Source: an uncultured Alphaproteobacteria bacterium
GTDB taxonomy: Bacteria > Pseudomonadota > Alphaproteobacteria > UBA8366
Assembly: GCA_963711215.1 (NCBI GenBank)
Contig: CAVQDH010000012.1
Location: forward strand, 7,316-71,315
Reading direction: 5' to 3'
DNA: 64,000 bases
Positions 16,820 through 24,276 of the stretch are shown here, one piece after another (position 1 is the first letter of the stretch; every line of letters starts with the position of its first letter). The translations under genes were made by a program, and so were the position numbers. A model generated the notes under the pieces. That model saw only the letters and a program-made list of their open reading frames with translations, was not told where the DNA came from and did no database searches.

Positions 16820-16931
16820 AGCAGTAGGATGTCGATCAGCGTGGCGCACGCACCAAGCCTCGGCGAAAAGCACGCAAACGCACCCTCGCCTTGACCGCGT
16901 TAACGATTAGGACGCGCCCTTCCGCAATGGC

Positions 16932-17147
16932 TCAGGCGCCGCCTTCGTATTTGAACGAGACCTTGAGCTTCGTGCGGTAGGCCTTGATCCGGCCATTCTC
17001 GATATGCACGTCCAGTTCCTTGACCTCGGCGACCCTGAGATCGCGCAGGCTCTTGGACGCGAGCGCGACAGCGGCGGCCGTCGCCTTTTCCCAAGACTCC
17101 GGGCTCGATCCCACGAGCTCGATGACTTTGTACACGCTGTCCGGCAT
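16932..17147 (-). CDS. Dodecin family protein (small flavin-binding protein, DUF1458 type)
   Basis: 71 aa from an internal ATG (17147) preceded by SD gggagga. The sequence MPDSVYKVIELVGSSPESWEKA...LRVAEVKELDVHIENGRIKAYRTKLKVSFKYE matches the dodecin fold family. The longer ORF 16932..17408 runs into a repeat. Confidence 0.8.
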   Translation of the reverse strand: MPDSVYKVIELVGSSPESWEKATAAAVALASKSLRDLRVAEVKELDVHIENGRIKAYRTKLKVSFKYEGGA

Positions 17148-17332
17148 CGTATGGTCCTCCCTAGAATGAATTTGGATAAAAATGCTTTTTGCGCCCGGCG
17201 TAACCGCGGGCCCGTCTTTTGATTCATCGTACGCCGGTGCGGCACCGTTTCCCATCCATTCGGAGTCCGAAGACACGCCGTCGCGGTACACGTATTCGTG
17301 TTGGCGTGAGGAAAGCGGATTTTCCAGAAATT

Positions 17333-17450
17333 CGTCATTCGCTGGCTTGACCAGCGAATCCACGGTGCGGCGTGTGGCCTGACTCGGCGGTGCCGCGTTG
17401 ATCTTCAACGTCCTGCCATGGGGACAGCCCGGTCAAGCCGGGCTGTGACG
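17333..17450 (+). repeat. Family-2 double-hairpin repeat, copy 2
   Basis: cgtcattcgctggcttgaccagcgaatccacgg ... ccatggggacagcccggtcaagccgggctgtgacg. Same orientation as copy 1. Confidence 0.8.
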
Positions 17451-17473
17451 GCCAAAAAGAAGGATGGAGAGCC

Positions 17474-18069
17474 CTATTTCTGCGCGCGGTCCTCGCCCAG
17501 TACCGCATTGCGGAAGCGATCCTTGAGGTAGCTGCCGCTGTTGGCCGGCAGGACGAATTTCAGCTTTTCGTACTGCACCTTGGCGACCACGACGACCGGC
17601 CCCGGGTCTTGAGCACCAGTTCCTTCAGCTTGCCGATCTCCGACGCCTTGGTGATCGTCGCCGTCGTGGCGATGCCCGACGCCTTGGCGATGCCGGCCAG
17701 GTCCGTGACGCCCGCCGCGGTATGCGTCTTCTGGCCGCCCGTCTCGCCGAAGCGTCCGTTGTCGAGCACGACGATCGCGAAATTGCGCACCGGATGGTTG
17801 GCGATGGTGGCGAAGGCGCCCATGCCCATCAGCATCTCGCCGTCGCCGGTCAGCACGACGACGCGCTTCTCCGGCTGCATGCGCGCGACGCCGTAGCCGA
17901 TCATCGCGGCGCCGCCCATGGCGCCCCAGATGTAAAAGTTCTCCGCCACGTCGCCGGCGTTGGTCAGATCCCAGCACGGCGAGCCGAGGCCCGACAGCAT
18001 CAGCGTGTTGTCGCCGCGGTCCTTGACCAATTCCTTGACCAGATCGCGCCTGTGCAAGCCTTCGCTCAT
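17474..18069 (-). pseudogene. ThDP-dependent decarboxylase beta subunit (sulfopyruvate/phosphonopyruvate decarboxylase ComE-like); frame break ~17600
   Basis: MSEGLHRRDLVKELV... carries the ThDP-binding motif GDGEMLMGMGAFATIANHPVRNFAIVVLDN. The C-terminus GPVVVVAKVQYEKLKFVLPANSGSYLKDRF lies in ORF 17474..17977. A c is missing in acccggggcCggtc. The ATGA start overlaps the alpha-subunit stop. Confidence 0.75.
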
Positions 18070-18599
18070 CGTGCCAGCTCCCGGAAATCCTTGAACCCCA
18101 AAACCTTCTGCGAAATCAGCACCGCGACCATCTGCTGGCCGTCGAACGCCAGGCGGCTCGCCGCTTTGACCGCGGGGGCGATTTCCGCCGCCGAATCCAC
18201 GCGAATCACGCGGACACCCATCGCTTCCAGGCATCCAGGGGTCCCCTGCCCCATCGGCACCTGCCAGGAATTGAACTCGCCCCATTCGCCGCGCATGGTG
18301 GCGATCATCAGGATCGGAATCCGGCAAGTATTTGGTAAAGCAAGAGAATTCATGATATTGCCGACCCCGCTGCTCTGCAGCAGCATGACGCCCTTGCCGC
18401 CGCCGAGAAACGTACCGGCGAGCATGTGGATGCCTTCTTCCTCGGTCGTCATGGTGACCACGGAGATGTCGTTATCCGCCTCGCACAGCTCGATTAATCG
18501 CCCATGGCCGGCATCGGGCACCATGGCCACTTCGGTGATGCCCTCGTCGCGCAGCACCTTGTGCACGTCGCCGGGCCAATCCAGTTTCTTGTCGGTCAT
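18066..18599 (-). CDS. ThDP-dependent decarboxylase alpha subunit (ComD-like, pyrimidine-binding domain)
   Basis: Intact 177 aa: VAMVPDAGHGRLIELC...TTEEEGIHMLAGTFLGGGKGVMLLQSSGVGNIMNSLA...IPILMIATMRGEWGEFNSWQVPMG. This is typical of split sulfopyruvate/phosphonopyruvate decarboxylases. Confidence 0.75.
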   Translation of the reverse strand: MTDKKLDWPGDVHKVLRDEGITEVAMVPDAGHGRLIELCEADNDISVVTMTTEEEGIHMLAGTFLGGGKGVMLLQSSGVGNIMNSLALPNTCRIPILMIATMRGEWGEFNSWQVPMGQGTPGCLEAMGVRVIRVDSAAEIAPAVKAASRLAFDGQQMVAVLISQKVLGFKDFRELAR

Positions 18600-18681
18600 G
18601 ATTCTGTTTGCAGTCCTCGTGGAAAGTCCGGTGGGATGAAAATGGGGAGAAGTGGCTGGAGCGCTTGAAGCATCCGTCAGA

Positions 18682-18766
18682 CCTCATGTTTCGACAAGCT
18701 CAACATGAGGTTCTGATATTGGGAAGCCTCTGGATTCGCCTCATGCTGAGCCTGTCGAAGCATGAG
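18682..18766. repeat. Family-1 palindromic MITE/REP-like element (LSLSKHE-type), copy A
   Basis: Left arm cctcatgtttcgacaagctcaacatgagg, 28-nt loop, right arm cctcatgctgagcctgtcgaagcatgag. The arms are reverse complements with a few mismatches. Confidence 0.8.
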
Positions 18767-18819
18767 TGCGCGCACTGTAACCGGAAACGCCTATCGTGCA
18801 AAATAACCCGATCGTTCTT

Positions 18820-19086
18820 TCAGCTATACAGATCACGGTCGCGCATGAAGGCCTCGGCGAACAGCTCTAGAAGGCGGCGCGCCTCCTCGTTATGCGCGGC
18901 GTATTGGATAATGCCCTTGGTGACGAAGGAGGCGAAGCCGACCGCCTCGCCCTTGCCGCGCAGCTCGTAATGCGCGGCGATCTCGTCCAGGTCGTCATGC
19001 ACCAGCCGCCGCGCCATGACGTTGAGCTGCGTCTTGACGTAGCGGTTCTTGTTCCGCCACCTGCGCTGCGACTTTGCCGTGGCCAT
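18820..19086 (-). CDS. Small hypothetical protein, possible ribbon-helix-helix DNA-binding fold
   Basis: 88-aa ORF with a strong SD (ggagggag 10 nt before the ATG). A basic N-terminus KSQRRWRNKNRYVK is followed by a beta-strand/helix pattern TQLNVMARRLVHDDLDEIAAHY. I recognise no family. Confidence 0.55.
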   Translation of the reverse strand: MATAKSQRRWRNKNRYVKTQLNVMARRLVHDDLDEIAAHYELRGKGEAVGFASFVTKGIIQYAAHNEEARRLLELFAEAFMRDRDLYS

Positions 19087-19163
19087 GCGCCGTACACTCC
19101 CTCCATAGGGCTGGCGCGCGTGTCGCCGCGCGCCAGTCTTCCGAAGACGGCGGCCGGCCGGGA

Positions 19164-20762
19164 CTAGTAGCCGAGCGCGCAGCCGTCCTTGCGCGGGTCC
19201 GAGCCGCCGGTCAGCGTGCCCTGCTCCCAGTCGATCTTGATCGCCTGGCCGCCGCCGATCGGCTTGTCCGCCTTAGTGATCTTGTGGCCGAGCGCCGCCA
19301 GACCCTTCGCCACCCGCTCGGGCACGCCGTTCTCGACGTCGAGATCCTTGCCGCTCGGCGCGGAGAGCACGCGCGGGAAGTCGATCGCCTCTTGCACGTC
19401 CATGCCGAAATCGATGTGGTTGGTCAGGAAATGCGCGTGGCCGATCGCCTGATACTGCCCGCCCATCACGCCGAAGGGCATGATCGCCTTGCCGTCCTTC
19501 GCCGCCATGCCCGGGATGATGGTGTGCAGCGGCCGCTTGTTCGGCGCGATGCAGTTGGGATGGCCGCGCTTGACCACGAAGCCGCAGCCGCGGTTCTGCA
19601 GCATGACGCCGGATTTCGGCCCCATGATGCCGCTGCCGAAGCCGCTGAACAGCGAGTTGATGAAGCTGACGACATTGCGGTCCTTGTCGACGACGCAGAG
19701 ATAGATCGTGTCGTGATGCGTCGGCAGCAGCGGCGGCGGGATGTCCTGCATCGCCCGGTCGGCGATGATCGTGTTGCGCAGCTCGGCCGCATGCTCTTCC
19801 GACAGCATCCAGTCGATCGGCACCTGGGCGCGGTCCGGATCGGCGACCACGGCGTCGCGGTCGCCATAGGCGAGCCTGGCCGCCTCGACCTCGAGATGCA
19901 GGCGCTCGACCGACAGCGGGTCCATCGCCGCGAGATCGTAGCCGGACAGGATGTTGAGGATCTCCAGCGCCACGATGCCCTGGCCGTTCGGCGGGCATTC
20001 ATAGACGGTGTGGCCGCGGTAGCCGGTCTTCACCGGGGTGACGAACTCGCCCTTGGCGGCGGCGAAATCGGCCATGGTGTGGTGGCCGCCCAGCGACTGC
20101 AGGCGGCCGACCAGGTCTTCCGCCACCGGGCCGGTATAGAAGCCGTCACGGCCTTCCTCGGCGATCCGCTCGAGCGTCGCGGCCAGCTTGAGCTGGCGGT
20201 GCACCTGGCCTTCCTTGGGCGGCCGGCCGCCTTCGGTCAGGAAGACCTCGCGGGTCGTGGGATCATGGCTCAGCGTCGCTATGGTGGACGCCCAGTCGGT
20301 CGCCACGCGGGAGGTCAGCGGATAGCCCTCGCGCGCGAACTTGATCGCCGGCTGCAGCAGCTCGCCCAGGTCCTTGGTGCCGAATTTCGCCAGCAGCGTC
20401 ACCCAGGCGTCGATCGCGCCCGGCACGGTCACCGCATGCGGGGTGTGCTGCTCGATCTTGGTGATGCCCTTGGCGATGTACCAGTCGGGGTCGGCGCCGG
20501 CCGGCGCGCGGCCCGAGCCGTTGAAAGCGGCGATCTTCTCCTCGCCGCCGGGCGCGATCAGGCAGAAGCAGTCGCCGCCGATGCCGGTCGACTGCGGCTC
20601 GACCACGCATTGCACCGCGCAGGCCGCGACCGCCGCATCCATCGCGTTGCCGCCGTCCTGCAGCACGTTGAGCGCGGTCACGGTCGCCAGCGTCTGCGAC
20701 GTCGCGGCCATGCCGTTCATGGACCGGGCCGGCGAGCGGCCGGGAAGTTGCAGGTCACGCAT
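19164..20762 (-). CDS. ggt: Gamma-glutamyltransferase
   Basis: Intact 532 aa with Ggt-family sequence throughout (GGNAMDAAVAACAVQCVVEPQSTGIGGDCF, DTIYLCVVDKDRNVVSFINSLFSGFGSG, KRPLHTIIPGM, GGGQAI). The exact start (20762 or a downstream M) is uncertain. Confidence 0.88.
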   Translation of the reverse strand: MRDLQLPGRSPARSMNGMAATSQTLATVTALNVLQDGGNAMDAAVAACAVQCVVEPQSTGIGGDCFCLIAPGGEEKIAAFNGSGRAPAGADPDWYIAKGITKIEQHTPHAVTVPGAIDAWVTLLAKFGTKDLGELLQPAIKFAREGYPLTSRVATDWASTIATLSHDPTTREVFLTEGGRPPKEGQVHRQLKLAATLERIAEEGRDGFYTGPVAEDLVGRLQSLGGHHTMADFAAAKGEFVTPVKTGYRGHTVYECPPNGQGIVALEILNILSGYDLAAMDPLSVERLHLEVEAARLAYGDRDAVVADPDRAQVPIDWMLSEEHAAELRNTIIADRAMQDIPPPLLPTHHDTIYLCVVDKDRNVVSFINSLFSGFGSGIMGPKSGVMLQNRGCGFVVKRGHPNCIAPNKRPLHTIIPGMAAKDGKAIMPFGVMGGQYQAIGHAHFLTNHIDFGMDVQEAIDFPRVLSAPSGKDLDVENGVPERVAKGLAALGHKITKADKPIGGGQAIKIDWEQGTLTGGSDPRKDGCALGY

Positions 20763-20893
20763 CGGCTGGCGTCCTTCCGGGGATCACGGGAACTGTGGAA
20801 ATCGGAACGGCGATGGTAAGGTCTGCACCCGGCCCGGTCAAACCTCCATTAAGGATTTCCGGCGGGAATTTGCGCGTTTCAGCGAGCGAGGCG

Positions 20894-21694
20894 ATGAGCA
20901 AGGAAACCGACCGATTGATCGAGGTGATGGCGCGGCTGCGCGATCCCGAGGGCGGCTGCCCCTGGGACCTGGAGCAGAGCTTCGACACCATCGCGCCCTA
21001 CACCATCGAGGAAGCCTACGAGGTGGCCGATGCGATCGCCCAGGGCGACCGCGCCCAGCTCAAGGAGGAGCTCGGCGACCTGCTGCTCCAGGTCGTCTAC
21101 CACGCCCGCATGGCGGAGGAGGAAGACGCCTTCGTCTTCGAGGACGTGGCCCGCGCCATCGCCGACAAGATGGTCCGCCGCCACCCGCATGTCTTCGGCG
21201 ACGCGACGGTGGCGGACGCCGAGGCGCAGACCGCGAATTGGGAAGCGCAGAAGGCGGCGGAGCGCGCCCGGCAGGCCGAAGCCGACGGCGTCCGCCCGAG
21301 CGCGCTCGACGGCGTGCCGATCGGCATGCCCGCCCTCACTCGCGCCGAAAAGCTGACCAGGCGCGCCGCGCGGGTCGGCTTCGACTGGCCGCATGTCGAC
21401 CAGGTGTTCGACAAGATGGCCGAGGAGATCGCCGAGCTGCGCCACGAGATCGCGGAAAGCGCGCCGCGCGAAAGGCTGGAGGACGAGCTCGGCGACCTGC
21501 TGTTCTGCATGGCCAACCTCGCCCGCCACCTCAAGCTCGACCCGGAACACGCGCTGCGCGCCGCGAACGCCAAGTTCGAGCGCCGCTTCCGCGCCGTCGA
21601 AGCGAGCTTCGCCGCCGAGGGACAAGACATCGCCGACGCCACGCTCGATGCGATGGAAGAACGCTGGCAGCGGGTGAAGAAGGCGGAGGGGTGA
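20894..21694 (+). CDS. mazG: Nucleoside triphosphate pyrophosphohydrolase MazG
   Basis: Internal ATG at 20894 of ORF 20795..21694. Two MazG domains: CPWDLEQSFDTIAPYTIEEAYEVADAI...ELGDLLLQVV and EEIAELRHEI...ELGDLLFCMANLARHL. Confidence 0.88.
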   Translation: MSKETDRLIEVMARLRDPEGGCPWDLEQSFDTIAPYTIEEAYEVADAIAQGDRAQLKEELGDLLLQVVYHARMAEEEDAFVFEDVARAIADKMVRRHPHVFGDATVADAEAQTANWEAQKAAERARQAEADGVRPSALDGVPIGMPALTRAEKLTRRAARVGFDWPHVDQVFDKMAEEIAELRHEIAESAPRERLEDELGDLLFCMANLARHLKLDPEHALRAANAKFERRFRAVEASFAAEGQDIADATLDAMEERWQRVKKAEG

Positions 21695-21736
21695 CGCGAG
21701 CAAAGTTGCCGCGCTCGAAAGTACCACTGGAGCGCC

Positions 21737-21820
21737 GTGCGTCCTTCGACAGGCTCAGGATAAGGGGCAATTTTCGGGGTATTGAGAAAAGCCTCATGCT
21801 GAGCCTGTCGAAGCACGCAC
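21737..21820 (+). repeat. Family-1 palindromic element, copy B
   Basis: gtgcgtccttcgacaggctcaggataagg ... cctcatgctgagcctgtcgaagcacgcac. Nearly identical to copy C, including the trailing tgtcccaaa. Confidence 0.8.
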
Positions 21821-21856
21821 GCTCTTTGTCCCAAATCAGCGTTGCCCCTGCCTACC

Positions 21857-23145
21857 TCATCCCCCTCCCCGCCGTTCCGCGAGCTGCGCCTTCAGCCCTT
21901 GCGCGGCCAGCGTGAAGCCGCCGCGGGCGCCGTCGATGAAATGCAGGTGCTCGCTGCTCTCCAGCGAAAAGACCAGGCAGGTCATCAGCGCCGCGTCGGA
22001 GCGATGGGTGCCGAAGGCGATGGCTCCGCGGTCGTGCAGCACCTGCAGGAAGCGCTCGATACCGTCCGCCTGCGCCGGCGTGCAGTCGACGACGAGGCGG
22101 AGCGTGTCGTCGAACCGGCGGTAATCCGCGTTGAGCCGGAGCTCGTTGAGATAGCGCCGGGCGTCGAAGGCACCCGCCGACAAAAGGAAACGCGTGGCAA
22201 AAAATTCGGACAGAGACTTTGGACCGCCAGCAAGAGCCGGAGCCGCCATGCCGGCCCGCCGCCGGCGAGTGCGCGCGCCTCCAGGTCTATCCCGCGCGGC
22301 GGCCAGCGGAAGCGGAGCGTCTCGTTCGACACCGGATTGCCCGCGCCCGGCGCGCGGCCGATGATCGCGACCACGCCGTCCATCACCGCGCGATAGGCCG
22401 CGCTCGCACCGTCCGGCGTCGGGTCCAGCGCCTGCGCGAGCATGGACAGCATCACGCCGTTACGCGACTGCAGCGGCGCCCAGCGGCAGGACAGGCCGGC
22501 GAGGTCGAGATCGTCCGTGCCGTCTTCCGCGTCTGCCACGAGATAGGCGCTGCCGGGTCCGGCGCTCTTGATCAGCGACGCGGCGAGCTCGGCGCCGCCG
22601 CCGGCGAACAGCGCCAGGTAGTTGCCCGGGCTGAGCTGGAAGCGGGCGACGTTGACCGGCCGCCCGCGCCTCGCCAGGTCGCCGACCGGAATCATGCCGG
22701 CGCGCAGCCGCAGATCGAACACGACCCGCGCCAGGCGGGTCAGCGCGGCCAGCGCGCGCCGGACGGCGGCTTCGCACGAGGGCGGCACCAGCAGGGTCGC
22801 GCCATCGCCGCCGAAGACGAAGGGAATTTCAATCCCGGCGGCCGGTTCCGTCCGGCCGCCGTCTGCGGAAGACCGGCGCGCGACGACACGCGCGCCGTCT
22901 GCCGCGTTGAGCACGCCGGCGATGCCGGAGGCCGCCAGCATGTTGACGTCCTTGTAGCGCCCTTCGGCGACCGCGCGCGTCGAGCCTTCGATGTCGGTGA
23001 CGACGACCTGCCAGTCGTCCGGCGCGGCGCGGTAATGCGCCGGGTCGGTGAACTCGGCAAAGTCGGCGAAGGCCGGCAGCTCGGCATAAAATCCCGCCGA
23101 GCCGCGCGCCGCGCGGAGCGGACCGAGCCCGCGCCGCCGGGCCAT
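21857..23145 (-). pseudogene. DUF3095-family protein (N-terminal class III nucleotidyl-cyclase-like motifs); frame break ~22230-22280
   Basis: The N-terminal 300 aa lie in ORF 21985..23145 (WQVVVTDIEGSTRAVAEGRYKDVN...IPFVFGGDGATLLVP...RAGMIPVGDL). The C-terminal 125 aa lie in ORF 21857..22249 (FFATRFLLSAGAFDARRYLNELRLNADYRRFDDTLRLVVDC...GTHRSDAALMTCLVFS). The DUF3095 assignment is from memory of the family. Confidence 0.65.
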
Positions 23146-23197
23146 CTAGCGCCGCCCGTCGCGGTCAAGGGCGGACAAATAGCCGCTGCATGAACGC

Positions 23198-23285
23198 CGT
23201 GCGTCCTTCGACAGGCTCAGGATGAGGCGGAGTCTTCGTGGCATTGAGAGAAAACCTCATGCTGAGCCTGTCGAAGCACGCACGG
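23198..23285 (+). repeat. Family-1 palindromic element, copy C
   Basis: cgtgcgtccttcgacaggctcaggatgagg ... cctcatgctgagcctgtcgaagcacgcacgg. Same orientation as copy B. Confidence 0.8.
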
Positions 23286-23312
23286 CGCCTGTCCCAAACC
23301 GTGGACGAAGCG

Positions 23313-24185
23313 CTAGTCCTTCATCAGCAGATGGATCAGGCTGGAGGTGTCCCACCGGCCGCCGCCGCGCGCCTGGACCGTGGCATAGAACTGGTCGACC
23401 AGCGCCGCCACCGGCAGCCGCGCGCCGCTCTTCTTCGCCTCATCCAGCGATATCCCAAGATCCTTCCGCATCCAGTTGACGGCAAAGCCGAAATCGAACT
23501 TGCCCTGGCACATGGTGGGGGCGCGGTTGCTCATCTGCCACGAGCCCGCGGCGCCCTTGGAGATGGTGTCGATCACCTTCTCCATGTCGAGCCCCGCCTT
23601 GAGGCCGAAATTGATGCCTTCCGACAGCCCCTGGACGAGGCCGGCGATGCAGATCTGGTTGACCATCTTGGTGAGCTGGCCGCTGCCGGTCGCGCCGATC
23701 AGCGTCACCTTCAGCGCGTAGTTGGCGATGACCGGCTCGGCGCGCTTGAAGACGCCCTGCTGGCCGCCGCACATGACGGTGAGCGCACCGTTGACCGCGC
23801 CCGCCTCGCCGCCCGAGACCGGCGCGTCGATGAAGCCGATCCCCGCCTTCTTGCCGATCGCGGCGAGCTCGCGCGCGACCTCGGCCGAGGCCGTCGTGTT
23901 GTCGACCAGGATCGCGCCCTTCGACATGCCGGCGAACGCGCCCTTCGGGCCGAGGATGACGCTGCGAAGGTCGTCGTCGTTGCCGACGCAGGTGAAGACG
24001 ATGTCGGCGCCCTTGGCCGCTTCGGCCGGGGTGCGCTTCGCCTTGCCGCCGAACGCCTTGACCCATTTCTGCGCCTTGGACTGGGTGCGGTTGTAGACCG
24101 TGACGTCGTGACCGCCCTTTTTCTTGAGGTGGCCCGCCATGTGATAGCCCATGACGCCAAGGCCGATGAATGCAACTTTTGCCAT
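23313..24185 (-). CDS. NAD(P)-dependent oxidoreductase, 3-hydroxyisobutyrate dehydrogenase/GarR family
   Basis: Start at MAKVAFIGLGVMGYHMAGHL (Rossmann GxGxxG) with SD gggggag. Family signature: CVGNDDDL, DAPVSGGEAGA, LTVMCGG, GSGQLTKMVNQ. Confidence 0.85.
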   Translation of the reverse strand: MAKVAFIGLGVMGYHMAGHLKKKGGHDVTVYNRTQSKAQKWVKAFGGKAKRTPAEAAKGADIVFTCVGNDDDLRSVILGPKGAFAGMSKGAILVDNTTASAEVARELAAIGKKAGIGFIDAPVSGGEAGAVNGALTVMCGGQQGVFKRAEPVIANYALKVTLIGATGSGQLTKMVNQICIAGLVQGLSEGINFGLKAGLDMEKVIDTISKGAAGSWQMSNRAPTMCQGKFDFGFAVNWMRKDLGISLDEAKKSGARLPVAALVDQFYATVQARGGGRWDTSSLIHLLMKD

Positions 24186-24276
24186 TCCGGGTGCTCCCCC
24201 TGCTTGCAACGGAGATTGGTCCGACGCCTCTGCGGCGCGGTTGAAACGCCGATACTACCGTCCGCCCGGCACTGCC

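Noticed and set aside
16366-16827. 153-aa ORF inside the long spacer, and 15750..16385 minus (211 aa)
   Set aside because: The translations are Arg/Phe-rich. They run through the CGAAAA units and the family-2 repeat, and they have no SD or domain evidence.
15778-16931. Possibility that the long AT-enriched spacer is the chromosomal replication origin
   Set aside because: I found no convincing DnaA boxes; the best match is only GTGGAT at ~16645. There are no TTAA-N7-TTAA CtrA sites, and no dnaA, hemE or parAB neighbourhood. The flanking genes are not those typically found next to alphaproteobacterial origins.
19074-20819. 581-aa plus-strand ORF covering the ggt locus
   Set aside because: It is antisense to an intact, clearly conserved gamma-glutamyltransferase. 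Its translation is Arg/Ala/Asp-rich nonsense typical of the reverse frame in high-GC DNA.
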